Of a DNA stretch of 64,000 nt, positions 40,566 to 55,659 are shown piece by piece. Below the pieces are notes generated by a model that saw nothing but the letters and a program-made list of their open reading frames with translations, had not been told where the DNA came from and ran no database searches. Location: the NCBI RefSeq assembly GCF_009914755.1, contig NC_060932.1; one strand, written 5' to 3'. A program made the translations under genes and the position numbers. The first letter of the stretch is position 1. The number at the start of each line of letters is the position of its first letter. The stretch is from the human T2T-CHM13v2.0 reference genome, Homo sapiens.

Positions 40566-40891
40566 TGTTACAAAAATATATAGCTGTCAGGCTACGAAGC
40601 TGGAATGGGTTGGGTTCCTATATAATAAGCGAACCTAAGCCCAACTCAATGCAAACAGTAAGATGGAATTTATGCTTAACCAATCAGAAGCTGCCAAACT
40701 AATCTCTTACTAGGGACTTTCCACTTTTATCAATCAAATATATTTTCATTTGCGTTTTATAAAATTTTCCATTCTACCCTCCTCAGTGGAGGGCTAAAGC
40801 ATTTGAGGTTTGGTACTGCCAGGCTCGTGACTAGTTGAATGCTCAAATAAACCCCTTAAAATTCCAATGTACATAAGTTTATCTTTTAATA
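40566..40891 (+). mobile_element. ERV1 solo LTR, MER57F-like
   Basis: tgtta start; gcttaaccaatcagaa...ctagggactttccactt...gaatgctcaaataaac...aagtttatcttttaata end. Confidence 0.75.
40713..40722 (+). promoter_or_regulatory. Perfect NF-kB consensus site GGGACTTTCC within the LTR
   Basis: Exact canonical kB decamer about 30 bp downstream of a CCAAT box at 40680-40684; function not shown. Confidence 0.5.
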
Positions 40892-42817
40892 AAATTTGTA
40901 CACATAAGATTGGTAACATAAGAAAGCTGAATAACGACAAGTATTGACAGAGAAGTATGAGAGGTAGAAACCTCAGGTACTGCTTCTGGGCGTTTAGGCA
41001 GAAATAGCTACACCAGAGATGAGCTGGCTGAACTTAGGAGGATAAAGAGTAAAGTAGAAATCATGGTTCCCAGAATATGCCCAAGAAATTTCAACAGGAC
41101 CATAAAAGGACATGTGTAAATATCCTCATAAAATTCTTGTTTACTAAGAAGACAATTGATAGACGTCTATCACAGAGAGAATTAAGAAGATACAATAGCT
41201 GTTTACTCAAGTTAGATGGAATGGGTATAATATAAAACCTCAAATTTCAGTAAATCTTAAATGACTAATGTGTGAAAAAGTAAGACAGATAATAATATTT
41301 ACCAATTCTTGACTTTCTCTCTTTTATAGTGCTTTAATTTCTGCTTGAATCTTTACAAAAACTGCTTTTTTCTTCATCCTAATAAGTTTTTGTTTGGCGG
41401 TTTCAAGGCATTTGTTCATGAACTAATTTCCAGAGTTAAATGTGTTAGCTTATTTATTTTTATTCATTTTTGTTTAATTTTGTTTAATAATGAAATTTAT
41501 TCAATGACTTATAATTTGCCTCTGGTTGTTGGTTTTGTCATAGTTTATATGTTTTAATACAAAATGTTGTAATAGAAATATTGTGTAATTGCAAATTAAT
41601 TTCTTTTTTGACCATGAAATTATTTTGCAATATGTTTCATACTTCCACAGGGTAATGAAGAAGTAATTTTTAGTCTGTTGCTATTTTCCAGGTCTTTTAT
41701 TGTAGTCAGACAACATATCAAATTAAAAAAATTCACTTCTTTAGATTTATTGGCTTGTTGAATGTGTGATTACTTTTAAAAATATATTTCATGGGCTTTT
41801 AAAAGAGGTGAATTCTTGTAAGAAACTGAAATTGGCAATATACCATTAAGTCGAAGAAATAGTTTAATATTATAATTCTCAATTTCTCATTTTCTTTTTT
41901 GATCCAATGAAAATCAAAGGTATTGCATTAAAGTTTAATATCCAGTTGCATTCCTATTCCTTTCTTCTTATATTCTAATAACTTATTATGAGAAAATAAA
42001 GTATACTTAGTAATTTATTATGTTTGTAATAGTTTATTTCCTCAATACTATGATTTTTCATGAGTAATATTTTGATTAAAAATTGACTTTTTGTTATTAT
42101 AAAAAATTGTTTTTGATCTAGTTTATTAATACTGGCCTATAACTCCTTGTAACATTCTGCTTTTTGTTTGGTGCTCTTATTTTCATATTTCTATTTTTAA
42201 TTTGTTTTATCACCTTATTTTAGGTTATTTACATTAACCAAATCATCAGTAATGAAATGCATCTATTTTGCATTTGAAAAGAAAAATAATTTGCTTAAGT
42301 CAATATATTAATTACCCTAGAACCAAAAGGAGAAGAAATAGATACATTGATTTGAAACTCTCCTGTCTAACCAATAAAACACAGAAACTTAACCAACAAG
42401 CACATACAAACCCTAGATTGGATACTGTTTTCTGCTGAATATCAATAAATAAAGTGATAGATGGTTGCATTTCAAAGCTGATTACATGAAACTTATAAAG
42501 TCTGGATATCTACAAGTAACTTTTATCTACAAATTACCCTTCAAATCTTATTGTGCAGATGTAAATCTGATACCTAAATTTTTATTTCTCATCATGGATC
42601 AGCACATACATTCTTTGTTTCTCTGTTCAAAGACAAAGAATATTTTCAGACTCTAGCTCCTCATTAAAGTTCCCAAATTACTTTATGACTTAGAATCCTG
42701 CTTTTCACACTATCTGATTAACCAAATCATATCTTAGAAACTCATCTTGCTACATGTGCTAATTATAAGTTCACAGACTGGTTCTAGTCATTATTTTATT
42801 AACCATCTTTGGAAAAG

Positions 42818-42844
42818 GAGAGAGAGAGAGAGAATGTGTGTGTG
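42818..42844. repeat. (GA)n(TG)n compound microsatellite
   Basis: gagagagagagagaga followed by tgtgtgtgtg. Confidence 0.85.
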
Positions 42845-43348
42845 GTGATTATACTTTCTATGTTAGGAAAATGTAGGTTTATGATGTTATAATTGTTTAC
42901 CTCTACAGCTCTATAGTCTTAGACTTACTTTAGCCCCTTTTCATCATTACCATACCTTAAACTAGATCTGCATAAAATTATCTCTTTTCTGTCTCTGAGG
43001 CTGGTTCTTCCATCTTATTTCTAAATACATAGCATGTATTAAATTTATTGCACTTCTTGAGATACTTCTTGATAATGTTTTTCTAAAAGTTGCTACTTAC
43101 GCAATGTTCTATAATTTATATAAGCTCTACTACCACATACAATCAAACTATTACTTCTAATATTACTACACAAACATATGCATTTCCTTAAAGATTACCA
43201 ATGCATAACAAATATATCCTAGCTCTCAGCCTGGAGTATCTTACTGACTTCTTTTCAAATGAGACTTGATAAAACATGAGCAATATTTGCACTCTTTTAT
43301 TGACAATAAATCTAGATCCATGAAATTTTGTATACAATCCATAGTCTT

Positions 43349-43671
43349 CTTTCTTCTTTGTTTCTTTGTTTCTTCCTTTCTTTCTTTTTAGACAGGGTCT
43401 CATTCTTCCACCCAGGCTGGAGTGCAGTGGTACTATCATGGATCACCGAAACCTCGACCCCTTGGACTCAAGTGATCCTACCACCTCAGCCTCCTGAGTA
43501 GCTGGGACTACAAGTGATTGCCATCATCCCCTGGCTAATTTTTCAATTATGTGTAGAGATAAGGTCTTGCTATGTTGCCCAAGCTGGTCTTAAACGCCTG
43601 GGCTGAAGCGATCCTCTTGCCTCGGCCTCCCAAACTGCTGGGATTACAGGCCTGAGCCACATCACCCAGCC
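43349..43671 (-). mobile_element. AluJ
   Basis: agacagggtctc...ctcaagtgatcct...ttgctatgttgccc...cctgggctgaagcgatcctc; TTC-rich tail; TSD ccatagtctt/ccacagtctt. Confidence 0.9.
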
Positions 43672-44154
43672 TACCACAGTCTTAGCGTCCACTGTTTTGG
43701 AATGAATAGGCTCACAAAGCCAGCAGAGTCAGTGCTAAATTGTTTTAAAATAATAGTATGTTCTTTATCTCTATGCAGTTCCATACATTGGAAATGTTAT
43801 TACCTAAATCATTGCTCTTGAATTATACCATGGCTACAAGCCTTCAGTTTGAGTAAACTGGGGAGGTGATACATAGCTTTCAATAAATTATTTCAGCTTT
43901 TTGTTTGTCTCAAAATATCATTACCTTCACTTTTGAAAAATAATTTTTCTGGCTATAGAATGGTGCACTAACAGGTTTTGTTTTCAATATTGTTCTACTT
44001 TTTTCTAACAAGAAGACTCTTGTAATTCAAATATTAGTTTCTCTGTATGTGTTTTAACTATATCCCCCATTCTCTTTCTCCTCCACCCTTCTCCTCTCCT
44101 TTCATTATTTTATTTTGACTTTGATTTTTGGCAGTTTTTTCTCCTCTGTAACTA

Positions 44155-46240
44155 TGTATCTCACCAGCAGTATATGAAAATTCCATTTGCTCTGCATTCT
44201 TGACAATACTTGATCTTGCCTAGGTATTTCATTTTAGTCATTCTTGTGGTTACATATAGATACCTCACATTGACTTTAATTTGCATTTCCATGATGACTA
44301 ATGATATTGCACACTTTCTCATATGTTTGTTGCCTACTTGGAGATCATCTTTTGTAAAGTGCCTGTTCAAATGTTATTCTTCTCTTTTAGATTGACTGTA
44401 GTTTTCTTTGCAGAAATCATTTTTATATATCGTTTGCAAGTTCTTTGTGAGATATACGTACTGCATATGCATCCTCCAAATTTTTAGTTTGCCTTTCCTC
44501 TTTTAATGTTATCTTTTGGTGAACATAATTTAAATACAAAAATTATCGTTTTTCTTTTATGAGTAATATATTCTGTCTAGTTTCAGAAATATTTGCATAA
44601 TGCATAGGCATAAAGATATCCACCTATGTTTTATTATAAAAGTTTTATTGTTTGATCTTTCACATTCAGATCAGAAATTGATTTGTGTAAAAGATGCAGG
44701 GAAAGTTTGTTTTTTGTCTGCATATAGATAGACATCTAATTGACTCAGCTTTGTTTATCAAAAAGACAATCTTTCATCATTGCCACTTATAAAACAGGAG
44801 ACTGTATTTATTTATATTGGTTTCTGGCCTCTTTATTCTATTTGTTTATTTTTTGCCAACATCATGCATGTTAATATCTACAGTTCTTAATGTCTTCATG
44901 TCTGACACAGTGAGTATTCTAGCTTTGTTCTTCCCGAAAGCCACCTTAGACACACTTGACCTCCTGTATTTCCTCATGATTTTTGAATCTATTTGTCAGT
45001 TTCCACAAGATATGATTACAAGTGTTTTTTATACTTGTAGTTGCAACTTTTACACAAGTTGCACTGAATGTATAAATCACTGTGGAGGAAACTGACAACT
45101 TTATAATAGCAAAGCTTTTACTACACGAACATTGTATATTATTCCATTTAAGTAGGTCTTCTTCAGCCTCTCAGCAGCAATTTACTTGTAGTTCTCAATA
45201 TCAACCTCTCAAACATTTTTATTCTGTTTATAGATATTTGGTATTTTCTGTTCCTCACATGATATTATTTGTATATTTTATTTTCTATTTGCTTATTGAT
45301 GGTATATAAAATATAGTGTGCATCCAGCATACTTTCTAAAATCACTCAATACTTTTAAGTTTGGAAATTCTTTAATAGTTTAGCAGTTTGAATCTTCTAC
45401 ACACACTATTGTGTTATCTGTTTTGTAAACTGATTATATTTCTTGCTTTCTAATATCTATACCTGATTGCTTAACAAGTTTTCTTATCCATCACTGGCTG
45501 GAAAATCCCATACATTATTGAATAGAAGAAGTGATAACAGATGTCCTAATTTTATTCTTGGCCTTAGGGAGAAATCTATTAATATTTTACCACTAAGTAT
45601 GGAGTTGGCTGTAGGTTTGTTTTTAACTACTCTTTAGAAGGATTACTTCATTTATCTTTCTAAGAATTTTTATTATGAATGATTGTCAAATTTTCCAAAT
45701 ATATTTTTCTCCATCTGTTGATATGCTTATATACTTTTCTCCATTTTCTGTTGAAATTTGGAGTTACATTGATTGAGTTTTACCTTTTAATAAACTTTGA
45801 ATTCCTAAAATAAAACCAACTTGGTCTTGATGAATTCAACTTTATATATATTGCTGAATTAATTTTTCTAAGATTCCTTTAGATTTTTGTATCCATAATC
45901 AAGAGATTTTGATCTGCAGTTTCCCTTTCTTGTAACGACTTAAGTTTCAGTATCAGGTTATAGTAGCCTCAAAAATGAATTTGGAAACTTTTTTTCCTTT
46001 TCTATTCTCTAGAAGATGTGTTGTTCCTTATATGTTTGATAGAATTCTCTTGCAATGCCACATGGTTTTCATTTGAGAAAATTTATAAGTAACAGCTTAA
46101 ATTTATTTTTAGAAAAACACAGGCTTATACTGGCTTTCTTGCATGATTTTAAAGTTCAGTTTTTTCAGAACTTTGCCCGTTTTATCTCAGTTGTCAAATG
46201 TATAGATTGATGTTGTTCAAAATCAGTTGATTGTCTTTTT
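44155..46240 (-). mobile_element. Old L1M ORF2 relic (host of nested insertions; resumes at 48607-48960)
   Basis: ORF 44161-44370 (NRHFTKDDLQVGNKHMRKCAISLVIMEMQIK) is ORF2 C-terminal. Confidence 0.8.
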
Positions 46241-46463
46241 GGGGGAAGGAAGGGAGTTAAATTTTTCCTTTAAATAATTATAGCTTCACAAGAAGTTGCA
46301 AAAAAATGTACATAGAAGTCTCGTTGACTCTCACCCAGTTTCTCCCAATGGTAAAATTTTGCATATCTATAGTACAATATTAAAACCAGAAATTAACATG
46401 GATACAATCCACAGAGATTATTTGAATATTACCAGTTTTACATGCACTCATTTGTTCAAGAGT

Positions 46464-46501
46464 GAGAGAGAGAGAGAGTGTGCATGTGTGTGTGTGTGTG
46501 T
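46464..46501. repeat. (GA)n(TG)n microsatellite
   Basis: Dinucleotide runs within the L1 3'UTR. Confidence 0.85.
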
Positions 46502-47737
46502 ACAACTTTGTCACATAGATTAGCGTCACCATCACCACAATGGGGGTTACAAAACTGTTTCATGATACAAAGCTTCCTTGTGCTAGCTGTTTATAGCCAT
46601 GCCTATCTCTCTTTCCCCAATTCTAACCATGGTGACCACTAATCTGTTCTCTATCTTTATAATTTTATGTCAAAAGTTAGATAAATTGAATTATATGCTG
46701 TGTAACCTTTTTAGATTGGCTATTTTCATTCAAAGATACATCTAAGTTATTGAGTGTTATCAATATTTTGTCTCTTTTATTGCTAAGTAATACTCTATTG
46801 TATGGAAGTATCACAATTTGCATAACCATTCACCTATGACATGGTATCTGAATTGTTTCCAGTTTTTGAGCTATTATCAATAAAGCTGCTATGAACATTT
46901 ACAGGCAGGTTTCTATGTGAATATCATTCGGTTTCTCTGAGTTATATGCCTAAGAGTGTAATTGGCAGGTCATTAGGATAAGTTTATGTTTATTCTTATA
47001 GTACACTACCAAACTATTTTCTAGAATTCTGTACCATTTTATATGATTACCAGCAATTTATGAGTAATCTAGTTTCTCCACATCCTCACCAGTATTTGGT
47101 GTTATCACTATTTTAAATTTTTGTTATTTTAGCTATTCTAATAGGTATGTAGTGATATCTCATTATTTTAGTTTCCATTTCCCTAGTGGCTAATAATGTG
47201 GAATATCGCTTCATGCACTTATTTGGCATTTTTATATCTTTTTGGTGAACTGCCTGTTCATGTCTTTTGTATATTTTCTGATTGGATTGTTTTGTTTATT
47301 ACTCTCAAATTTTCAGAGTTCTTTATATGTTATAGATACAAGTCCCTTGTCAGATATATGGTTTGTAAATATTTTCTCCAAGTATGTAGCTTGTGTTTTC
47401 ATACTCTTACCAGGGTCTTTTATAGAGAAAAAGCTTAAATTTTTATGATATCCAATTTATCAGTTTTTTCTTTTTTAAATCATGCTTTTGGTGTCAACTC
47501 TAAAAGCTGCCTGGCCCTAAGTCTCAAAGTCTCTTTACTCCTCTCTTCTAAAAATGTTTTAGTTTTACATTTTACATTTAAGTCCATGATTCATTGTAAG
47601 TTAATGTTATGAGGTATATTTCTTAAGTCAAGACTTTTTTTTTTTTTTTGCCATGTTGACCTATTGGACCAGCATCAATTGTTGAAAAGGCTATCCTTTC
47701 ATTCAATTGTTTTTGCACCTTTGTTAAAAATCATTTG

Positions 47738-48365
47738 GGCCTGGGTATGGTGGCTCATACCTGTAATCCTAGCACTCTGGGAGGCCAAGAAAGGAACGTT
47801 GCTTGAGCCCAGGAGTTCGAGTCCAGACTGGGCAAGATGGTGAAACTTTGTCTCTACAAAAAATTTTAAAACATAAAAAATAGCTGGGCACAGCAGCGCA
47901 CACCTGTAGTCCCAGCTACTCAGGAGGCTAAGGCAGGAGGATCACTTGAGCCCAGGTATTTTTTGTTGTTGTTGTTGTTAGATGAGTCTTGTTCTGCTGC
48001 CCAGGCTGGAGTGCAGTGGCACGATCTCGGATCACTGCAACCTCCGCCTCCCTGGTTCAAGCAATTCTCTGCCTCAGCCTCCTAAGTGGCTGGGATCACA
48101 GGCGCCCGCCACCACACCCAGCTAATTTTTTTGTATTTTTAGTAGAGGCAGGGTTTCAGCATCTTGGCCAGGCTGGTCTTGAACTCCTGACCTCATGATC
48201 CACCCGCCTCGGCCTCCCAAAGTGCTGGGATTACAGGCGTGAGCCACTGTGCCCGGCCGAGCCCAGGAATTTAAGATGGTAGTGAGCTGTGATCACACCA
48301 CTGCACTCCAGCCTAGGCAATAAAGCAAGATCCATCTATTTGAAAACAAACAAACAAACAAAAAA
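47738..48365 (+). mobile_element. AluJ split by an antisense AluS
   Basis: Left part to 47961, right part from 48259; (AAAC)n tail. Confidence 0.88.
47962..48258 (-). mobile_element. AluSg-like, nested in AluJ
   Basis: gacctcatgatcc (2-bp deletion form) with ggctggtcttgaactcc; TSD gagcccagg(t/a)attt at 47948-47961 and 48259-48272. Confidence 0.88.
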
Positions 48366-51300
48366 CCCATCATATTGGCAATATTTGTGAGGGACACTTA
48401 TTATGTGTTCTTTATGCTCTTCCATTGATCTATGTGTTGATCCCTCTGCCAGTATTACTTGATGCTGTTTTGATTATTTCAGCTCTACGGTATTTTTTCA
48501 ATTCCAGCAGAATGTTTGCTCCCACTCTTTTATTCCTTTTTAATATTGTCTTAGGTATGTCACTTGCCTTTTCATATAAATTTTAGGCATCATGTATTGT
48601 CTTTTTAATGTCTGTAGGATCTATGATTATGTTCTCATTTTTATTTCTACTATCAGTAATTCGTGTCTTCTCTTTTGTTCTTTATTCATTTTAAATTTTG
48701 TATTATATTTAATATTTCAATACAGACTTATATGCTATATTAAATTAATACCTTAGTATTAATTATTTTTATTTATTTATGCCAAAGTTCATCCATTTTA
48801 TTTGTCTTTTTGGAGAACTAAACTTTGATTCTATTGGGTTATATATTCTTTTTAAAATTACTGATTTTACCTTTAGTACTTTTTATTTCCTTTCTGCTTT
48901 CTTTGGGTTTACTTTGCATGCCACTGATAGCCTCAGTTTATTGCTACATAAGACATCTCAAGTCTCTAATCCTAACTGGGCATACTATCCAGTTCCTGAG
49001 TTACCTGTGGTGGCTGCACAGTTGTCTTAGTTTTCTCCCATTATCTCAAGTAACTCAGTGCGAAACTTTCCTCGGCCCTAAAAAATACATCCCAGCTTTT
49101 AAAATTATCATTATTTTTAAGTTTTCATTTTTTGGTGGGAGCTGTGACCAGGACTATTTTCATAGCCAAAACAGTCTCTACTTTTTGGCAAGGGTCAATA
49201 CACATTGGTTCCAATTTTCTTTGTAGGAGCTGAATTCCTGGCGATCTATGCTTATATTCGGTCATGTAGAACTCAGTTGGTTTTGCACTTCAGTGCACAC
49301 TTACTGTTTTGCACTTCCATTTAGACTAGTCCACTGACATGATTTGTCATGGAATTTAGCCTTTATGTCTTCTTTAAATTTTCCAGTTTATCAGTCATTG
49401 CTGTGTGATAGAAGAGACAGGGTGGAAGGTCTGTCTCTTCTATACAAACCTTCAGTGTTTCTGGACCAACTACTTCAAAGGGTATTTTTGCAGTCACACA
49501 ATCTTAGGGGGAAAAAATGAAGAGAAAAAAATAACTGTCAGAAATATTATGAAGTTATTCCATATAAGTGGAGTCTGTGTTCCCAATATAATATCAGACT
49601 TAGAGGCAATATTTTACGGGACAAAAATCACAATCTATAGGAGCTGGGCCCTCTACATTGCAATATACATTCAGTGTGGCAGGGATTTTGCAAGAGGAAG
49701 ATAAAAATTTTGTTAGTTCTATTATTTCTTAAATCTTTAATTTTGTTGATCTAGATCTTGCTGCCTGGTTCATTCCAGAAGCAAAAGGAAGAGGGCCTCT
49801 TTAATATTTAAGTCATAAAATAGAGCTCATTCATCCAGAAGTAGTGATGCAGAATGTGCAGTGGGAATAGCTATCAGGAAACGCAATGATATTACATTTA
49901 TCCCTTTTAAAAGATAATTCCGATCTACTTGACACAATTAGGGGAGAAATGAAAGTAAGTACAGGCTTAGAAATTCTATCAGTAAGATAAATGCTTTAAA
50001 TGAAGATCAATTAAGAGCCAGGTAGAGTGCTCAAAACAAGTGTCGGGAAGTGGGCAAATTGATAGTATCAAAGCTATGAAAATCACTAGGAAAAGTTAAT
50101 AGGTTGGCAAAGATAAGCAAGCCAATATTTGGAAAAGCTAAATAGTTGTGCTAAGAACAGAGTGACTCACTGAAGTACAGAATTCTTATTTCTTTTAATA
50201 TTTTTCTCACTGTTTGTTTCTATTAATACTGGTTAGAGAGGAGGCAGATATACTCCTGGGAAAAGGTAAGAGGATCTCTGGAGTAAATGATAGGAAGGAG
50301 GGCCACATATAGGTAGATTGAAAAATGGTTTGAACTACTATCTTAGACACATAAAATACTGAATGTGAAGTTCTGCAAAACATTAGTGACAGTTGAGAAT
50401 ATATTAAAAATATAATTGCAAAAATGATTGCTAACATTTTTAAGAATTAGAAATGACAATTCACTGTTAAATAAAATTATTTGCTAATTTTTCTCTAACT
50501 TATCACCAATATGAACAAATGAACCTACTGTATATGTGAGTATAAACAAAAAATGCTCTGCCTGCTTAAGGTAAGATAGGCATTGTTCATATGATATGTT
50601 TTTCAGATACCTAATCAACTTGCAGCAATTTACACCATATGAAAGGGAAGTGCTTTGGTGAATTTATAAAGCCCTCTAACTCCAAAACATTTGTATTTTT
50701 TCTTTATTGATGTAGGCAAAGAGTTGCGTTGCTCATAGCGATAATTTCAGGGCATACAGTGAGCATTATCTGAGCAAAGTCACTATAATTTTTTACATAA
50801 TTATTTATCACTTTTTATTCCCATACCCATATATTATCCAATGTACAGTGTTTTTTTGTTTTTTGTTTTGTGTTTTTTACTTTAAGTTCCAGGATACATG
50901 TGTAGAACGTGCAGGTTTGTTACATAGGTATATGTGTGCCATGGTGGCTTGCTGCACCTGTCTACCTGTCACATAGATTTTAAGCCCCACATGCATTAGC
51001 TATTTGTCCTGATGCTCTCCCTCCTCTTGCACCCCCCACCTCCAACAGGCCCTCATGTATGTTGTTCCCCTCCCTGTGTCCATATGTTCTCAATGTTCAA
51101 CGACTCCCACTAATGAATGAGAACATGCAGTGTTTGGTTTGCTGTTCCTGTGTTAGTTTGCTGGGGATGATGGCTTCCAGCTTCATCTATGACCCTGCAG
51201 ACGACATGATCTCACTCCTTTTTATGGCTGCATAGTATTCCATGGTGTACATGTACCACATTTTCTTTATCCAGTCTATCAGTGATGGCCTTTTGGGTTG

Positions 51301-52139
51301 GTTCCATGTCTTTGCTATTGTGAATAGTGCTGCAATAAACATACGTGTGCATGTGTCTTTATAATAGAATGATTTATATTCCTTTGGGTATATACCCAGT
51401 AATGGGATTGCTCAGTCAAATGGTATTTCTGGTTCTAGATCCTTAAGGAATCTCCACACTGTCTTCCACAATGGTTGAACTAATTTTCATTCCCACAACA
51501 GTGTAAAAGCATTCCTACTTCTCCACAGCCTCTCCAGCATCTGTTGTTTCTTGACTTTTTAATAATCGCCATTCACTGGCGTGAGATGGTATCCAATTGT
51601 GGTTTTGATTTGCATTTCTCTAATGACCAGTGATGATGAGCATTTTTTCATATGTCTGTTGCCGCATAGATGTCTTCTTTTGAGAAGTGTCTGTTCATAT
51701 CATTTGCCCACTTTTTGATGGGGTTGTTTTTTCTTGTAAATTCTGCATATTGGACCTTTATCGGATAGGTAGATTGCAAAAACTTTCTCTCATTCAGTAG
51801 GTTGCCTCTTCACTCTGATGTTAGTTTCTTTTGCTGTGCAGAAGCTCTTTAATTAGATTCCATCTGTCAATTTTAGCTTTTGTTGTAATTGCTTTTGGTG
51901 AATTCATCAAAAAATATTTGTCCATGGCTATGTCTTGAATAGTATTGCCTAGGTTTTCTTCTAGGGTTTTTATAATTTTGGGTTTTACAATTAGGTCTTT
52001 AATCCATCTTGAGTTAATTTTTGTATAAGGTGTAAGAAAGGGGTCCAGTTTCCGTTTTCTGCATATGGCTAGCCAGTTTTCCCAGCACCATTCATTAAAT
52101 AGGAAATCCTTTCCCCATTGCTTATTTTTGTCAGATTTG

Positions 52140-54600
<2,461 letters not shown>

Positions 54601-54601
54601 A

Positions 54602-55562
54602 CCTTTCTGTTTGTTAGTTTTCCTTCTAACAGACAGGACCCTCAGCTGCAGGTCTGTTGGAGTTCTAGAGGTCCACTCCAGACCCTGTTTGCCTGGGTAT
54701 CAGCAGTGGTGTCTGCAGAACCGCAGATTTTCGTGATCCGCGAATGCTGCTGTCTGATCGTTCTTCTGGAAGTTTTGTCTCAGAGGAGTACCTGGCCGTG
54801 TGAGGTGTCAGTCTGCCCCTACTGGGGGTGCCTCCCAGTTAGGCTGCTTGGGGGTCAGGGGTCAGGGACCCACTTGAGGAGGCAGTCTGCCCGTTCTCAG
54901 ATCTCCAGTTGCATGCTGGGAGAACCACTGCTCTCCTCAAAGCTGTCAGACAGGGACATTTAAGTCTGCAGAGGTTACTGCTGTCTTTTTCTTTGTCTGT
55001 GCCCTGCCCCCAGAGGTGGAGCCTACAGAGGCAGGCAGGCCTCCTTGAGCTGTGGTGGGCTCCAGCCAGTTCAAGCTTCCTGGCTGCTTTGTTTACCTAA
55101 GCGAGCCTGGGCAATGGCGGGCGCCCCTCCCCCAGCCTCGCTGCCACCTTGCAGTTTGATCTCAGACTGCTGCGCTAGCAATCAGCGAGATTCTGTGGGC
55201 GTAGGACCCTCTGAGCCAGGTGCGGGATATAATCTCCTAGTGCGCCATTTCCTAAGCCCGTCGGAAAAGCGCAGTATTCGGCTGAGAGTGGCCTGATTTT
55301 CCAGGTGCCGTCTGTCACCCCTTTCCTTGACCAGGAAAGGGAACTCCCTGACCCCTTGTGCTTCCCGAGTGAGGCAATGCCTCGCCCTGCTTCGGCTGGC
55401 ACATGGTGCACTGCACCCACTGTCCTGCACCCACTGTCTGGCACTCCCTAGTGAGTGAACCCGGTACCTCAGATGGAAATGCAGAAATCACCCGTCTTCT
55501 GCGTCGCTCATGCTGGGAACTGTAGACAGGAGCTGTTCCTATTCGGCCATCTTGGCTCCTCC
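54602..55562 (-). mobile_element. Isolated L1PA3-type 5'UTR (sense and antisense promoter region)
   Basis: Intact L1 5' end GGAGGAGCCAAGATGGCCG (YY1 motif 55545-55554); retains the ~129-bp segment at 54663-54789 and the ggggtcaggggtcaggg duplication; stops before ORF1. Confidence 0.9.
55114..55296 (+). CDS. ORF0: L1 ORF0 (antisense ORF), 60 aa, truncated by a premature stop
   Basis: MAGAPPPASLPPCSLISDCCASNQRDSVGVGPSEPG... matches the primate L1 ORF0 N-terminus; expression not shown. Confidence 0.6.
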   Translation: MAGAPPPASLPPCSLISDCCASNQRDSVGVGPSEPGAGYNLLVRHFLSPSEKRSIRLRVA

Positions 55563-55659
55563 TGGTTCTTGACTCTTTATCCAATTTGCCAGTCTGTGTC
55601 TTTTAATTGGGGCATTTACCCCAGCAATGTAAAGTGTTGAATAAATATTTTTGTTTGTA

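Larger units (their letters stand above)
46241..48595 (-). mobile_element. L1MC/MD-class 5'-truncated element nested in the older L1
   Basis: 3' end aagttgcaaaaaaatgtaca...tcacccagtttctcccaatggtaa...; ORF2 3' region; TSD ATTGTCTTTTT at 46230-46240 and 48596-48606. Confidence 0.75.
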
